A DNA stretch of 64,000 nucleotides from a virus, in IMG/VR virus record IMGVR_UViG_3300017934_000005, positions 1 to 64,000 of that record, one strand, 5' to 3'. This document shows positions 25,525-37,500 of this stretch, in pieces (the first letter of the stretch is position 1; each line of letters opens with the position of its first letter). The position numbers were made by a program, and so were the translations under genes. Under the pieces are notes generated by a model, which did not search any database, had not been told where the DNA came from, and saw only the letters and a program-made list of their open reading frames with translations.

Positions 25525-27794
25525 TGGCAAAGAAGAAAAAGAGCGGAAAAAATCAGGAACAGCCAGAACAAGATATTCTCCAGGAAGCAGGTTTGCCTGC
25601 AAACTGGGGAATTGCTGATGTTCCTGTGTTGAATCCAACGGAGCCTCGTCCGGGTGCTGCGCCTCCTTCGCCCAATGACATGCCTCCGCATTTCGTGGGT
25701 GTTTTAAACCCGGATATGCAGCATGACAAGGTGTTCGTAGGCACTCAAATTTATCCTCCGCAGATTGCCTCGACTCCTTTGATGCCGTCTGCCCCTTCGG
25801 GTAACCCACAAACGAACGCGGCTATTCGAAGTATGATTAAGATAAACCAAGTCGCTGCATCGGCTGCAGTTTCGGGAATGGTCTTTCGCGGTACGTGGCA
25901 ATCTTTTATAAGCTACAACATTAACGATGTAGTCTTATTTAATTCATCGGCTTATGTTGCCATCACAGGTAGTGTGAATCTTCAACCAGATTTGAATTCG
26001 ACAAATTGGACTCTGTTGTCAGAAAATTTTGTTTTCAATGCCACGATCACCCCATTTGAAGTAGGGGGTTTCGGTCCGTTTGATACTTCCACTTCAGCAA
26101 CCGGTAATTCCTTAACGGTCATGATAAGTGGGACTGCGTCGGCAACAAATGAAATCGCGTTGTTGACCGTTTGTGCGTCTAATGGTGCGACAGTTTCGAC
26201 TCCTCCGGGTTGGAGTGTTTTTTACCAGACTTCCGCCAGCGAAGTAATTTTTTATAAAATATTGTCTAGTGCCCAGAATATAAACGTCAATGCGTCGTTA
26301 TCAGTTTCGGCTCCGTGGGCTGCAACGCTAGCCTTTTTTAAGTTCGGCGGATTCGCAACTGCAACAATTACATCGATAGCTATAGACGGTTCAGACCATG
26401 TTACAGTCACATGTGCGAATACACTCAAGGCTGGAAATTTAGTTGATTTGGCTGGTCTTACGAATGCCACTTTTCTGAATGGTGCTCAACTAACCGTAGC
26501 AACTGCTTCTCCTACACAATTTACGGCATCATTCACTCATGTTAGTTATGGACCTACGGCAGATACAGGAACGGCTACACGATTGATAATGCAAATAACG
26601 GCCACAAGTTCCGGTGCTGGTGCTTCACCGGAATCTAAAACGTTATCTTCGGCTACAACTGCAGAGAGTATTTTAGCTTTTATATTTTACGCAAATCAGA
26701 CATCGGGTTCAACATTTCCTTTCACGAGTGTCAGCGATACAGATTTAGATTCCTATTCCTTGGTTACTGCATCGATAGGTTCTCCTGGCGGTATAGTCGA
26801 TGGAGCAACAGCCAACGCTGCATTTTCTAATCAAGTTGTTGGTGGTACGACTCCTACATTAACTGAGCACCATACTGGGACCCCAAATAATGCGGCGTGG
26901 TTTGCTATGGAGTTACCGGGTTCGGCATCGCAAAGTTCTCCATATCTCCCTTACGATGTTGAGGAATTCAGAGGGAGTTTCTTTGTTTGTTTAAAGGAGA
27001 CAACTAAGGATGCATTCATTGATCCTACAAGTTGGGGTCAAATAGCTCAAGGAACCGGAAGCCTAGTTTTTTTGTCTGCAGATTATTTAACCGCTGCTAA
27101 CGATTACGGCAGATTGATTATCAATACGGATACTGTTTCTCACACAGTTACTCTTCCGTTGGTTCCTCCGAGCAATAGTTGGTGGGTAGCTATTCAAGGT
27201 TTGAATGCCTCAGTAACGATTAATCCCAATGGCAACCTTTTGAATGGATCAACTTCAAATGAAAGTTTAGGAACAAACCAAGGAGTTATTGTTTGGACTG
27301 ATGGAGCAAGCTATTACACTCTTCACGGAGTAAATAGCTTGACTGTGCCAAATATTTTTACGATTACAGGACCGGATAGTTCAGGTAACGTCATAATTGA
27401 TCTTGCAACCGAGGCTGCTAATACTGGATTCTATGGCCCGACATCGGGATCGCCCGCTAAGCCGACATTTCGTTCTGCGGTTCCTGCTGATCTTCCGCCT
27501 TTGGGTATTGTAGCTGTTTCCTCAATTGGAAACACAACAACTCAAAGCGGGAATTTAAGACCTAACGGGGCGGTTCCTGTAGCTGGTCTTTATAGAGTTT
27601 CCATCTATGCGGTTTTGATAGCGAATCCGTCAGCGGGAAGTTTGACGCCGTCAGTTACTTGGGACGACGGGACTGCTTCCAGAACTACGACAGGAACAGC
27701 GATAGACACATCGGCAACGAATTTCGGAACAGATGAACAGATAATTGAAACAGACGGAATACACGATATTTCGTATGCACTGACCCTTGTATAG
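25524..27794 (+). CDS. Tail fibre/receptor-binding protein
   Basis: FRGTWQSFISYNINDVV carbohydrate-binding-type repeat; Ser/Thr-rich beta domains. Confidence 0.65.
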   Translation: MAKKKKSGKNQEQPEQDILQEAGLPANWGIADVPVLNPTEPRPGAAPPSPNDMPPHFVGVLNPDMQHDKVFVGTQIYPPQIASTPLMPSAPSGNPQTNAAIRSMIKINQVAASAAVSGMVFRGTWQSFISYNINDVVLFNSSAYVAITGSVNLQPDLNSTNWTLLSENFVFNATITPFEVGGFGPFDTSTSATGNSLTVMISGTASATNEIALLTVCASNGATVSTPPGWSVFYQTSASEVIFYKILSSAQNINVNASLSVSAPWAATLAFFKFGGFATATITSIAIDGSDHVTVTCANTLKAGNLVDLAGLTNATFLNGAQLTVATASPTQFTASFTHVSYGPTADTGTATRLIMQITATSSGAGASPESKTLSSATTAESILAFIFYANQTSGSTFPFTSVSDTDLDSYSLVTASIGSPGGIVDGATANAAFSNQVVGGTTPTLTEHHTGTPNNAAWFAMELPGSASQSSPYLPYDVEEFRGSFFVCLKETTKDAFIDPTSWGQIAQGTGSLVFLSADYLTAANDYGRLIINTDTVSHTVTLPLVPPSNSWWVAIQGLNASVTINPNGNLLNGSTSNESLGTNQGVIVWTDGASYYTLHGVNSLTVPNIFTITGPDSSGNVIIDLATEAANTGFYGPTSGSPAKPTFRSAVPADLPPLGIVAVSSIGNTTTQSGNLRPNGAVPVAGLYRVSIYAVLIANPSAGSLTPSVTWDDGTASRTTTGTAIDTSATNFGTDEQIIETDGIHDISYALTLV

Positions 27795-27802
27795 GAGACA
27801 TA

Positions 27803-28285
27803 ATGGCAACAACATTTGAAATGAAGTACGGAACAGAGAAACAAGCTATCACGTGTACGATTACTTCTCTGACAAATACTAGTGCTCGTCAATCCACAGT
27901 AGTGGATAATACTTCCAACCTGTTCCTTGACGCTCTTGTTCAGATACAGACGAAGAGTGCCGCCGCCGCTACTTCAAGCACAGGCTATGTGAACATTTAT
28001 GGTTATGGTACCGTTGATGCTGCCGATAGCTTATATCCAGAAGGCATTACGGGATCGGACGGTGCTGTTACGTTGACGGTTCCTACCAACTTGAAGTTGA
28101 TTGGCACTATCAATGTTGTGGCTAACTCAACGACATACGTCAGCGAGCCATTTTCTGTAGCCGCAGCTTTTGGTGGAGTGCTTCCTGAAAAGTGGGGTAT
28201 CGTGGTTGAAAACCAATCTGGCGCTACACTAGATGCAGCAGTTGGCGCTTGTTATTACCAAGGTATTCTTGCTCAGGGCGTATAA
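27803..28285 (+). CDS. Virion structural protein
   Basis: AGGAG SD; beta-rich, within the tail module. Confidence 0.6.
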   Translation: MATTFEMKYGTEKQAITCTITSLTNTSARQSTVVDNTSNLFLDALVQIQTKSAAAATSSTGYVNIYGYGTVDAADSLYPEGITGSDGAVTLTVPTNLKLIGTINVVANSTTYVSEPFSVAAAFGGVLPEKWGIVVENQSGATLDAAVGACYYQGILAQGV

Positions 28286-29155
28286 ATGTCAATCTTCATC
28301 AACCCCAAGAAATGGACAGATCAACCGCCTGCGGGGGCTCAAATTAATTTTGGGCATCCACTGGCCCGTGGTTTGACTTTTTATATCTTGTTTAATACTG
28401 GGGCAGGATTGCAGCATCCGATGTTGCCTACTAACTTGGTTCCGACAATCGTAACTGGTGGTACGGAGCCAGCAGCTAGTTGGATTTCTAAACAAGGCGG
28501 AAAATCCCACACGTGGGATGGAAACTGGGGTCTTTGGTACGAGAGAGGAGCCTGGGTTGAGCCTAATTGGGTTACAGGTGTGTGTCGGGCACAGAGAACT
28601 TCAGGTTCTGAAACTGGAGATGCTTCTCTGTATAGAAAAGCATATCAAAATGCCGGTGCTCCTCCATTCGTTAGTCACGGGTTAGACTGGAACCCTGGTG
28701 GAGCCGGTCAGGATGTTCTCGGTGCTTATATTGCCGATCAAGGCGGAACACTACATGCTCCGACTTTTTCTTCGCCGGCTGGCACCCTTGCGAATGTGCA
28801 TACGGCAGGCATTACAGCAGGCCCATCTGGTGGTAATGGCCTTTTGAATTTGTATCTAAATGGGCATCAGGTAGCTACCCAAACAGTCGTCGGAATGACT
28901 GGCATACAGTACGACACAACATCTACCGGTCGCTTGATCGTCAGCGGAGCCGAATCGGGAGCTAATGTGGTTCCGATTATTGGAAATATTTACTATCTTG
29001 GGATTTGGAATCGTCCACTTCAGGCTTCTGAAATGGAGTGGTTGCATGTCGAGCCGTATGCGATGCTTGTCCCTATGAGAAAAAGAACATACTTTTTTAC
29101 CCCTCCTCCTGTTAGAACATATTCGTATTTTATCACTTTGGAGCGCTTAAGTTAA
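28286..29155 (+). CDS. LamG/concanavalin-A-like domain protein
   Basis: INFGHPLARGL; LNLYLNG; GNIYYLGIWNRPLQASE. Confidence 0.75.
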   Translation: MSIFINPKKWTDQPPAGAQINFGHPLARGLTFYILFNTGAGLQHPMLPTNLVPTIVTGGTEPAASWISKQGGKSHTWDGNWGLWYERGAWVEPNWVTGVCRAQRTSGSETGDASLYRKAYQNAGAPPFVSHGLDWNPGGAGQDVLGAYIADQGGTLHAPTFSSPAGTLANVHTAGITAGPSGGNGLLNLYLNGHQVATQTVVGMTGIQYDTTSTGRLIVSGAESGANVVPIIGNIYYLGIWNRPLQASEMEWLHVEPYAMLVPMRKRTYFFTPPPVRTYSYFITLERLS

Positions 29156-29159
29156 ACCA

Positions 29160-29576
29160 ATGCTCAAATTAGAATTGACTACTCAAGAAGACCTTTCACA
29201 GATTTCAGAGTGGACTCAAGCCGATGAATATCACCGAGAAAACAATCTGCCTGAGTGGTGGTTAACTGGACAAGGTAATTTGTCTTTCCGTCTTGATGAC
29301 GATGGGGGTCCTGTTATCTATATCCGTTTAGACGAAGGTGAATTCTATCGCCTCCATTGTCAATTCGCCTCTTATGAAATTGTATCTAAGAGACGATTGG
29401 TTGCGGGAATTTTTGGCGTTTTTCCCTGGCTCGTATATTATGCCAAGAGCAAAGGTGCCAAGGGTTTGATTTTTAGTTCAGTTAGTCCATCCCTGGTAAA
29501 GTTTATGAAAAAGTTGGGCTTCGAACCATCGTGGGAACACTTTGGCGAGCACGTCCTGAAATTTGAGGAGAAATAA
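29160..29576 (+). CDS. GNAT-fold-like protein before the ejection genes
   Basis: SLVKFMKKLGF C-terminal GNAT motif; position typical of podoviruses. Confidence 0.5.
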   Translation: MLKLELTTQEDLSQISEWTQADEYHRENNLPEWWLTGQGNLSFRLDDDGGPVIYIRLDEGEFYRLHCQFASYEIVSKRRLVAGIFGVFPWLVYYAKSKGAKGLIFSSVSPSLVKFMKKLGFEPSWEHFGEHVLKFEEK

Positions 29577-29577
29577 T

Positions 29578-30390
29578 ATGGCTGCATTCATTGCTCCCGC
29601 TATAGGCGGTATCGTAAGTGCATTCACAGGCGGCTGCGGCCCCAGTGCGGAAGAGAAACAGCAGATGACAATGCAGACCGGCATGGAATCTGATCTGATG
29701 TCTGCTTTTAACCAGCGTCTAGGCGAACAGAAGGATACGATCAATCAGTTAAGCACAGCGCTGTCGAACGCGGCTGCAGGCAAGTTCCCTCCTGGGATGG
29801 ACCCCACAACTTTGGCTTCGTTCACGTCGAAAGCTATGGTCACAACATCGCGGGCCTATCAGAACGCAGCGCAAGCTGCTGGTAATGCGATTGCCGCACG
29901 CGGAGACGGTACTGCAGACCCATCAGGTGTGTTAAGCGGACCCGAGGCTCAAATCTTCGGTGATATTGCAGCTAAGGGTGCGGCTCAAGAATCTGATCTT
30001 CTAATGCAGGTTCAATACGAAGACTGGCAAGCCGGCCGTGAAGATTACATGGGTTATATCAAGGGATTGGAAACCATGGCTGAACTTCAGGACCCGGCAA
30101 AAATGGCTGGAGCCATGATTGAGTCTACAAAGTCTCCAACTCAGTTGAGTGAAGAGATGACGAAGCAACAATCTCAGGCTGCTTCTGATATTGGTGTTGC
30201 GGCCACAAATGTTGCGGCTGGATTAGGTGCCATGATTAGTCAGCAACAGGCGAAAGGCCAGATGCAGAAACAGATTACCGGTGTTTTGGATTGGAGTCAG
30301 CAGCAGACCAACAAGTTGATGACTACGCCGTTGATGACTATGCCGATACCTCCGGTTCCTCCATCAGATGAATATGCAAGTATTGGATAA
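29578..30390 (+). CDS. Internal virion/DNA ejection protein 1
   Basis: GAGGAG SD; Ala/Gln/Met-rich helical sequence. Confidence 0.65.
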   Translation: MAAFIAPAIGGIVSAFTGGCGPSAEEKQQMTMQTGMESDLMSAFNQRLGEQKDTINQLSTALSNAAAGKFPPGMDPTTLASFTSKAMVTTSRAYQNAAQAAGNAIAARGDGTADPSGVLSGPEAQIFGDIAAKGAAQESDLLMQVQYEDWQAGREDYMGYIKGLETMAELQDPAKMAGAMIESTKSPTQLSEEMTKQQSQAASDIGVAATNVAAGLGAMISQQQAKGQMQKQITGVLDWSQQQTNKLMTTPLMTMPIPPVPPSDEYASIG

Positions 30391-30405
30391 TTTAGGAGAA
30401 CGAAG

Positions 30406-32454
30406 ATGCCAAATGGCGTTCAGGCAGGATTAGCAGCATTTCAACCTCAAGGGGCAGATGTTGCCACACTTCAGACGATGCAACAGCCACAAGGACCGGC
30501 TGCGGCTGGTGTCTCGGCTATGGCTACTGCGGCAGCACCGCTGCCTGAAGCTCCTAGTGCGGCGGCTGCGCCGGCTCCGGGAAGTTTTGGTTGGAAACTT
30601 GCCAGAGTTCTTGGCGGCACGATGCAGGCTCTTTCAGGTCTTGGTGGACCAGCAGTGGCGGCACCAGTACCGGCTCCGGCCGGCGCGGGCGGTTTATTTG
30701 GCGCTCAGACTGCTGCGGCTGAGATGCAGAAAGAGAATGCGGCCCGAGATGTTCAGCGTCGAGAGCAAGCTCGTCTTGATGAGAACCAACAGATTGAGGC
30801 TCAGAAAGCCAAGGCTTATATCGCACACGAGAACATTGCTACTTACCATGATCAGATGCTGGTTTGGCAGCAAGGCGACGAGGCCACAGTTAAATCGGCT
30901 GATAGTGGCAATATGCTCATGAAGGCTTATACTGAACCACCTTCAGGTGTCAAGGGTGCTGAGAAGTTCAAGGATAATGTGGACGGTACTGAGTTGCAGA
31001 CTATGCTTCAGCAAGCGAATCAGGATCAGTTCAAGAGAACAGGTAAGTATCTGGACCCAACTCAACAGCATATTTTCCCGACAGGCGCGAAGGATGTCGT
31101 TGTGGGTTATGATGCTCAGGGCCAGGCAATGCTTCGAAAGCGACAGACCTATACTGTTGTGGAAGACATGCCGGAAGTTCAGATTAACGCTGCTCAGGCC
31201 GCTTACATTTCTAGATTTACTGATCAGAAGGCCACTGAAGGTCAGAAGCTTCCAGGATATCTATACGGTACCTTGGCTCAGCAAGCCAAGTCAGCCGAGA
31301 CTGCTCAGATCGCGGTAGATGATATGCGGGCTCAGCTTGGTATTAAGGCACTCTCGACAGAAGATAAGTTGAAGATGATTAAGAATTATCCGGCTATCGG
31401 CAAGGCATTAGCTCAAGGTGGTGGCGATCCTTTCAAGACCATGGCTACTCTTGAGAACGCTCAGTCCGGTCTGGGACAATCGTTCATTAGATTCGCGTTC
31501 GGCGATGAGAAGGACCCAACCGGATATTTGAATGCGTTTAAGCTCGAAGCCGAGTTTAGAAAAGAATCCTTCGATATGTGGGCTAAGACTCTTAACCTGC
31601 AGCAGAAGCTCCCGTGGGGTAATCCCGAATTAGCCGACAATCCTAAGGCGTTCTACGGTTCCCTGAGCAAAGAGCAGAAGATTGAAGTCGATTCTTTGTA
31701 CGATGGTTCGGCTGGTATCGAGAAGATGTCGTACTTCTTGACTCGACGTTTGCAGGGTGATACAGACGTGTTCACGGCAGTCAAGGCTTCTCATCCAGAT
31801 TTTAATGCGGAAGCCGTGGAGAACTTTGTGCCGCTTGCCAAGGGATACAAAACAGTTCAACCGGGTAAGGAAGGATTTGCTTTGAATGCTATGGACACAA
31901 CCATGAAGCATTTGCACTCCTTCTACGATAACACCAAGGCAAGTATTCTTCAGCCTACGAGCGCTGCGGCTGCTAAGCGTAATGCGGACCTAGCATTCAT
32001 CCCTGGTGAGTTGGATAAGTCGGTAAACGCAAGTTCAACTATTGAAGGTCGAAGAGCAATTCAAGATGCTCTAACTCCTGCTACACCGTGGTTGAGAGCT
32101 ACAGCCGTGGAGGAAGCCGCAAAGAAAGTTATGGATAAGTACGATAGTTACAAGAATACTTGGCAGAGCGTGGCTCCGAATACAAGATGGGCAAACCAGA
32201 TGCCGAATCCATTTAGTCCAGAGTCGTTGCTCAGCTACGTCTATATCACAAATAAGGGTAAAATTCCGGTAGCTCCTACAATCACACCAGCCGGCGTCGT
32301 TGGTCCTGGTATTGATGGACGTGGTGTTGCAGCCGTAGGTGCGAATGAAGAAGAGATTGGAACCAAGAGAAATCCTAAGGACGGAAAGCTCCACTGGGTT
32401 TGGTCTAAGGATGGCGGTAAGACTGTTTTGAGAGATTTAGGATACGCGGAGTAA
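30406..32454 (+). CDS. Internal virion/DNA ejection protein 2
   Basis: AGGAG SD; 682 aa, Ala/Gln-rich. Confidence 0.65.
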   Translation: MPNGVQAGLAAFQPQGADVATLQTMQQPQGPAAAGVSAMATAAAPLPEAPSAAAAPAPGSFGWKLARVLGGTMQALSGLGGPAVAAPVPAPAGAGGLFGAQTAAAEMQKENAARDVQRREQARLDENQQIEAQKAKAYIAHENIATYHDQMLVWQQGDEATVKSADSGNMLMKAYTEPPSGVKGAEKFKDNVDGTELQTMLQQANQDQFKRTGKYLDPTQQHIFPTGAKDVVVGYDAQGQAMLRKRQTYTVVEDMPEVQINAAQAAYISRFTDQKATEGQKLPGYLYGTLAQQAKSAETAQIAVDDMRAQLGIKALSTEDKLKMIKNYPAIGKALAQGGGDPFKTMATLENAQSGLGQSFIRFAFGDEKDPTGYLNAFKLEAEFRKESFDMWAKTLNLQQKLPWGNPELADNPKAFYGSLSKEQKIEVDSLYDGSAGIEKMSYFLTRRLQGDTDVFTAVKASHPDFNAEAVENFVPLAKGYKTVQPGKEGFALNAMDTTMKHLHSFYDNTKASILQPTSAAAAKRNADLAFIPGELDKSVNASSTIEGRRAIQDALTPATPWLRATAVEEAAKKVMDKYDSYKNTWQSVAPNTRWANQMPNPFSPESLLSYVYITNKGKIPVAPTITPAGVVGPGIDGRGVAAVGANEEEIGTKRNPKDGKLHWVWSKDGGKTVLRDLGYAE

Positions 32455-32457
32455 ATC

Positions 32458-34569
32458 ATGGCAGATAATCAGCAACAAGGACAGCCACAACCCGAGAATT
32501 GGGGCGATACAGGTTTTACGCCTTTAAAGCCCAGCACTGTTCCTGTGTCCGGTACTACTCCTGCGCCGGAACGACCTGAACAGGCTGCTCAACAAGCTAC
32601 AACTGCTAAGATGCCTACCATGGTTCCAGGAGGCGAATCCTGGGGTGATACTCCTTTCACACCGATTACAACGGCCGGCCAAGCCGATTTTTTACAGCGT
32701 AAGGAGCAAGAACAGAGAGCCAATATTCCTGTTGAACCTAGTGCGGCGAAACGATATATGAGCGGTTTGTACGCAACCACACTCGGCCCAATGGCAGGTA
32801 TTGGTCGAGAACTGATGGAAAAGAATGGTGATCTAATTGCTCAGGCTGCGTCTGATTATCGAGCCGGCAATCATTTGCGGGCCTTCACTAAGCTCGCTTC
32901 TCTTGCGGCACCTATTTCGCCGGAAAATCCAGAAATTCAGACTGCTTCAGGTGTCGTTCAGGGCGCGATAAAGTCTATGAACGATGAGTGGGGTAGAGGC
33001 ATTGCACTTGGTCACCAGGGACGATATTCAGAAGCCGCTGGTCATTTGCTTGCCAGCGTGATCCCGTTTATGGGTCCTGCTGCGGCTCATGCCGGCGAGA
33101 GAATGGGCGAAGGTGATATTGCTGGTGGTTTGGGAGAGGCAACTGGATTGGTTTCAACCGCAGTGAGCCCGGAAGCAGCAGCTAGGGTTGTGCCAACTGT
33201 GGCTCGGGCTGCAGCTAGAGTTACGCCTGGGGCCGTTTCTGAGGCTTTAGAGCGTTCGGCTGAAGCACGCGAGGCTGCTCGGGCTGCAGAGGCTGTGGAG
33301 GAGAAACCCGCTGTTGCAGGCAAGATTATCCAGGAAACCGATCCGAAGAGACTTACGGCCACAACGCGAGCCTTGGGTGCTGTGGATACAACCGGTGTTA
33401 AGACTTACTCAGATTTGGCAGATACATTGGATGCCAAGATCAAGGAGAATGTGGCTAAGGTTGACGCGGCTCTTGAGCCTAAAACTGGTGCGCCGCTTCC
33501 TGTCTTCAAGGGCACCGATCTAGATCGTACAATTCCAGTGGAAGGAGCCACGCCGCGAGTTGTAAATCCAGTCCGAGATGCTTTGACTCAGATGCGGGAT
33601 TTTTATGAAAAGACCAATGATGACGCTGAAGCCGCTCGCGTTGAAGGTTTGCAGAATAAGTTTGAGAGAACCGGACTTTCACTCAAGGAAATTAACGATG
33701 TCGCCAGAGAGCATGGTTCGGAGCTTAGTGCTTTTAGTCCTGTGACCGGAGAATTAGCATCCGGCTTAGGCAGACAGGCTGCAGAGAACACTCGCGCTGG
33801 TGTCAAGGATGTTATCCATAGATTTACTGATGATAAGACACGAGCCCTGGATGCTCAGACAAGTGATTTGATCACAGCTAAAGACTTGACTCGGGATATG
33901 GAGCAACAGGTTCTTAAGTTGGAACAGAAAATTCAAGAAGCCGGCTGGGGTCAAAGATTAGCTAAATTTGTAAAGAGAACCGGTCCCGGTATGGCGGGTG
34001 GTCTACTTGCCGGTCCAATTTTAGGTATGGGCCATGTGGCTGGAGCGCTTACAGGCGGTATCTTGAATATGGTTATCGAAGGTATGCTGGATAAGACTGG
34101 TAATCTGAATGCGGTTAAGTTACAAGCTAGATTACCAAAACTCTTGGGAGAGTTTCGGCGATTGAATGCATTGTCGCCTGAAAAGGCTCTGAGAGAATTA
34201 CCGAAGGTTATTCAGGGTCCTAGTCCAGAGCCTCCTAAGGGTCCTACTCCAACCCCAACACCCGGAGGCGGCGCTGCTCCTGCCGCTCCTGCGGCCGAAG
34301 AAGAACCTGAAATTGAAATAGTTGAACCGGGAAGAGTAACGCTTGGTGGTAGTGGCGAGAGTGCTGCGTCTCAAGAAGCTATCAGTAGGCTCCGGGCTGA
34401 AGCAGGCAGGGGTATTAAGCGTTTCCGAGTCGATACGCGGTCGGGAAATCGGGTTCCACTGATTGGTGTGGATGCTATCGACGCTAAGCCCGGACCCTAC
34501 GATAGAATCATAATGCGTGATGCCGAAGGACGCGAAGTCACTTTGGATCGTGGTCAGAAAGCTGCTTAA
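32458..34569 (+). CDS. Internal virion/DNA ejection protein 3
   Basis: 703 aa with Gly/Ala hydrophobic segments; last gene before the strand switch. Confidence 0.65.
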   Translation: MADNQQQGQPQPENWGDTGFTPLKPSTVPVSGTTPAPERPEQAAQQATTAKMPTMVPGGESWGDTPFTPITTAGQADFLQRKEQEQRANIPVEPSAAKRYMSGLYATTLGPMAGIGRELMEKNGDLIAQAASDYRAGNHLRAFTKLASLAAPISPENPEIQTASGVVQGAIKSMNDEWGRGIALGHQGRYSEAAGHLLASVIPFMGPAAAHAGERMGEGDIAGGLGEATGLVSTAVSPEAAARVVPTVARAAARVTPGAVSEALERSAEAREAARAAEAVEEKPAVAGKIIQETDPKRLTATTRALGAVDTTGVKTYSDLADTLDAKIKENVAKVDAALEPKTGAPLPVFKGTDLDRTIPVEGATPRVVNPVRDALTQMRDFYEKTNDDAEAARVEGLQNKFERTGLSLKEINDVAREHGSELSAFSPVTGELASGLGRQAAENTRAGVKDVIHRFTDDKTRALDAQTSDLITAKDLTRDMEQQVLKLEQKIQEAGWGQRLAKFVKRTGPGMAGGLLAGPILGMGHVAGALTGGILNMVIEGMLDKTGNLNAVKLQARLPKLLGEFRRLNALSPEKALRELPKVIQGPSPEPPKGPTPTPTPGGGAAPAAPAAEEEPEIEIVEPGRVTLGGSGESAASQEAISRLRAEAGRGIKRFRVDTRSGNRVPLIGVDAIDAKPGPYDRIIMRDAEGREVTLDRGQKAA

Positions 34570-34575
34570 TGATTG

Positions 34576-37500
34576 TCATAAGTTGTGTGCAGCGGCGGTT
34601 CCTAGACCAAGAATTTTTCCTGCTACACACATCTTGTTAAATAATTCTTTGCACTCTTTTTCGGCGAGTGAAAAAATCGCACCGGAGGAGAGATAGATTG
34701 TATGGTCAGTGTCATTGATGGCTACAAGATTTTCCAAGTTAAAATAGAAGAGTTGGCCATCCGAGTTTCGTGTTTGGATAAACATTAGCGAGTGACACCG
34801 ACAGTGACGGTTTCTTTTTCTCCGGTCCCGCCTTCGACAGGTTTGTTCTCTTTGGAGGCTTCGGGATTATATCCTTCCCACATCGCGTCCCATTTTTCTT
34901 GACTCACGGCTTCGCCCATCGGCCTGAACTGAGCCCGACTCGCACCAGACGCTAATCGATCACCGCCGCCGTTCTGTAATTGCATTTTAATCCTCCCTTA
35001 TTGTGTCAAGACTTACTTCTGCGATCTGATCCCCATCAAACCAGGTCAAGTATCCACAATCCACAGCCCAGAATCCGTTTCTTTTCATAGCTGCGATATC
35101 ACTAGTTGCGTGATCCACGCTTACCTGCGTTCTTACCAGGCGAGGCATACAACCAGGTGGACACTTGAGCATCACATAGGCTCGAATTGGAAGTTCGTGT
35201 AACCCCAATTGTCTGCGAAGTCGAGCCTCCATCATCATCGGAGACTGAAGGAACCTATCGAAGTTTTTACGGTAAATTTCTTCGCAGGCTATGCACTGCT
35301 CCTGAAGGATGTTATGTGGACATAGGGTCCGCTGGCGTTCCTCTTCCAGCAGACGATCTAGTAGCTTCTCCTCGTGTTCCTTCCTGATTTTCTGCTGCAG
35401 CAACTTGCGTCTGTGTCTTGCGGCGTTCATGGGCCTCTTTTGCGATTCGAAGTGTCATGTTTTCGGTCCTACTTTCAAAGCTTCCAAATCAAAATGTGAG
35501 ACATATTCCTCGATGAATTTTTCTGCGCCTCCGCCTCGCCTTTCCGGGATGACCCACTCGTAAGCAACGAATTCTTTGTTATCGAGAGTGATTACTTCCG
35601 CCTTAGTAATAAGTACACATTCACCAGCAAATTGGTTCCAAGGCCACTCTGTAATTCGAACCATATCACCGGGTTTGTACAATGGTGTCAATTGGTCCAC
35701 CAACTCAGTGCTTTCTGTGTTGCGAGTTTGATTTCAGCCGGCGTAGCTGTTCGAGGAGCAGCATCAACCCAGTCTCCGTCGCCGCGCCAGAAAATGCGGG
35801 CATGTTCGCGGTCGGGAGTGAAAGTACGGGTCACGATTGTGATGGTGCCGTCGAGCGGAAAACTTTCGTGAATTTCATCCTTGTACTGCATGTAATTGCT
35901 TCCGGCTCTGTATTCTTCTTCAACGGCGCATTCTACACAAACTTTTTTAGAGTCCTCTGTTTTGAAAGCGCCTTCTCCGCATTTAATTGTGGCGGTATTG
36001 AATAATTCGATCAGGCCAGCATCTCGGCCGGCTCGAAAGGTTGAATTATCTTCCGTAATTGGTTGACCGAAGAAATCCTTATCCAAGATTGTATAGCGTC
36101 TTTGCCTGTAGACGCCGGCAATGACTTGGGAATAGAGATGCCAGGGATGATCATGGATTGGCGATACACCAGGAATCTTGAAATCGGAAATCCAGATGTG
36201 GAGTCGAACTGCGTCATTTAGATAGGTTCGAATCATGCCGAGTCCCTGTACGGACCACTTCAGATCGTAAGGGCTCTTGAGAACGGTTTCGACCAAGAGT
36301 CGAATCAGGTCAAACTCTTTGGTGAAGTTAGGTCTACTGACATTTGTGATGATTCGAGGACAACTTAACTCTAGGGGTTCTGTACTCACTCTTCCTCCGA
36401 GATGTAAGACTCTACCGAAACGGTCTCCGGCACTTGCCCGAGTTGTTCTTTCTTCCTGGCATTGATATGTTGTAACTTCTCCTTGGCTTCGGTCGAGATT
36501 GCCTTGCCAGGAATGACGGCAATCCGGTAATACTTCTCGATGAGTCGTCCTTTGTCAATCCAGTCCGTGATCAACTTGATGGCTTCGTGCTTGTTGTATT
36601 CTCCGAACGGGGCTTCATTGTTAGCCTGTATGCGAGCCCCATGACGATACGCCGGCCAGTTATCTAGAGTCTTGACCCAACCTTCGGGCTTACGTTCCCA
36701 GACTATTCCCTCTGTGATCATTTAACTAGTGGCAAGGGAATCAGAGTCCCGACTAAACTGCCGCCTGCAAATGCGATAACGAATCCTATATAAGAATGAA
36801 ATGACGAGGCTGTGGTTAGGAATAATATCGCCGCAAATGCAGCGGATAGTCGAATAAGTTTGTTTTTCATTGCTTTTCTAACTCCTCTTTCCCCTTCACA
36901 GCCCATTGAGTGGGCGCAAAGGTGACTTTGCGGTTCTGGGTATCCTTCGTGGCTCTATCCACAGCATCTGCGGCGCTATCGGCCGGCACCGTGATTTTCT
37001 CTTTGTGAACGAGTGTGACTTCGTATAGATTCGGCATGGTTCTCCTTTTTTAGACTAACATTCCAACCAAAATACCGCCTATCACAGCTAAAACGGTTGC
37101 TGCTACCTTATCGTGAGTTATCCCCGCCACAGTTAAACAGGGTATTGATGTAAGAGCTACAAATATCCTTATGGTTTTAGAACGGATCATTTGATCACCT
37201 TGATGGCGGTGATTTCGAATTCGAACAAACGGCTTTTAATGTCTTCTGTTAGGGGCTGAACTTTGCCCATGATATCGTTAATCAAAGCTTCTGGTGTCGG
37301 TCTAGCGCCGTTGTTTGGATGGAAATCTCGTTCGAGTTCGATTGTGACCTTCATTTTTTCCTCCCGAGTGCGTTTGCGATCTGAATTGCTTTAGCGTAAA
37401 CTTGTACAGCGTAGCGTGCATCCGATATACCGGGTTGTCGGTATATCATGATCGGAGGAGTCATTAGTACGTTAAAAATTTTCCGGGTTTTTGCCATGTG

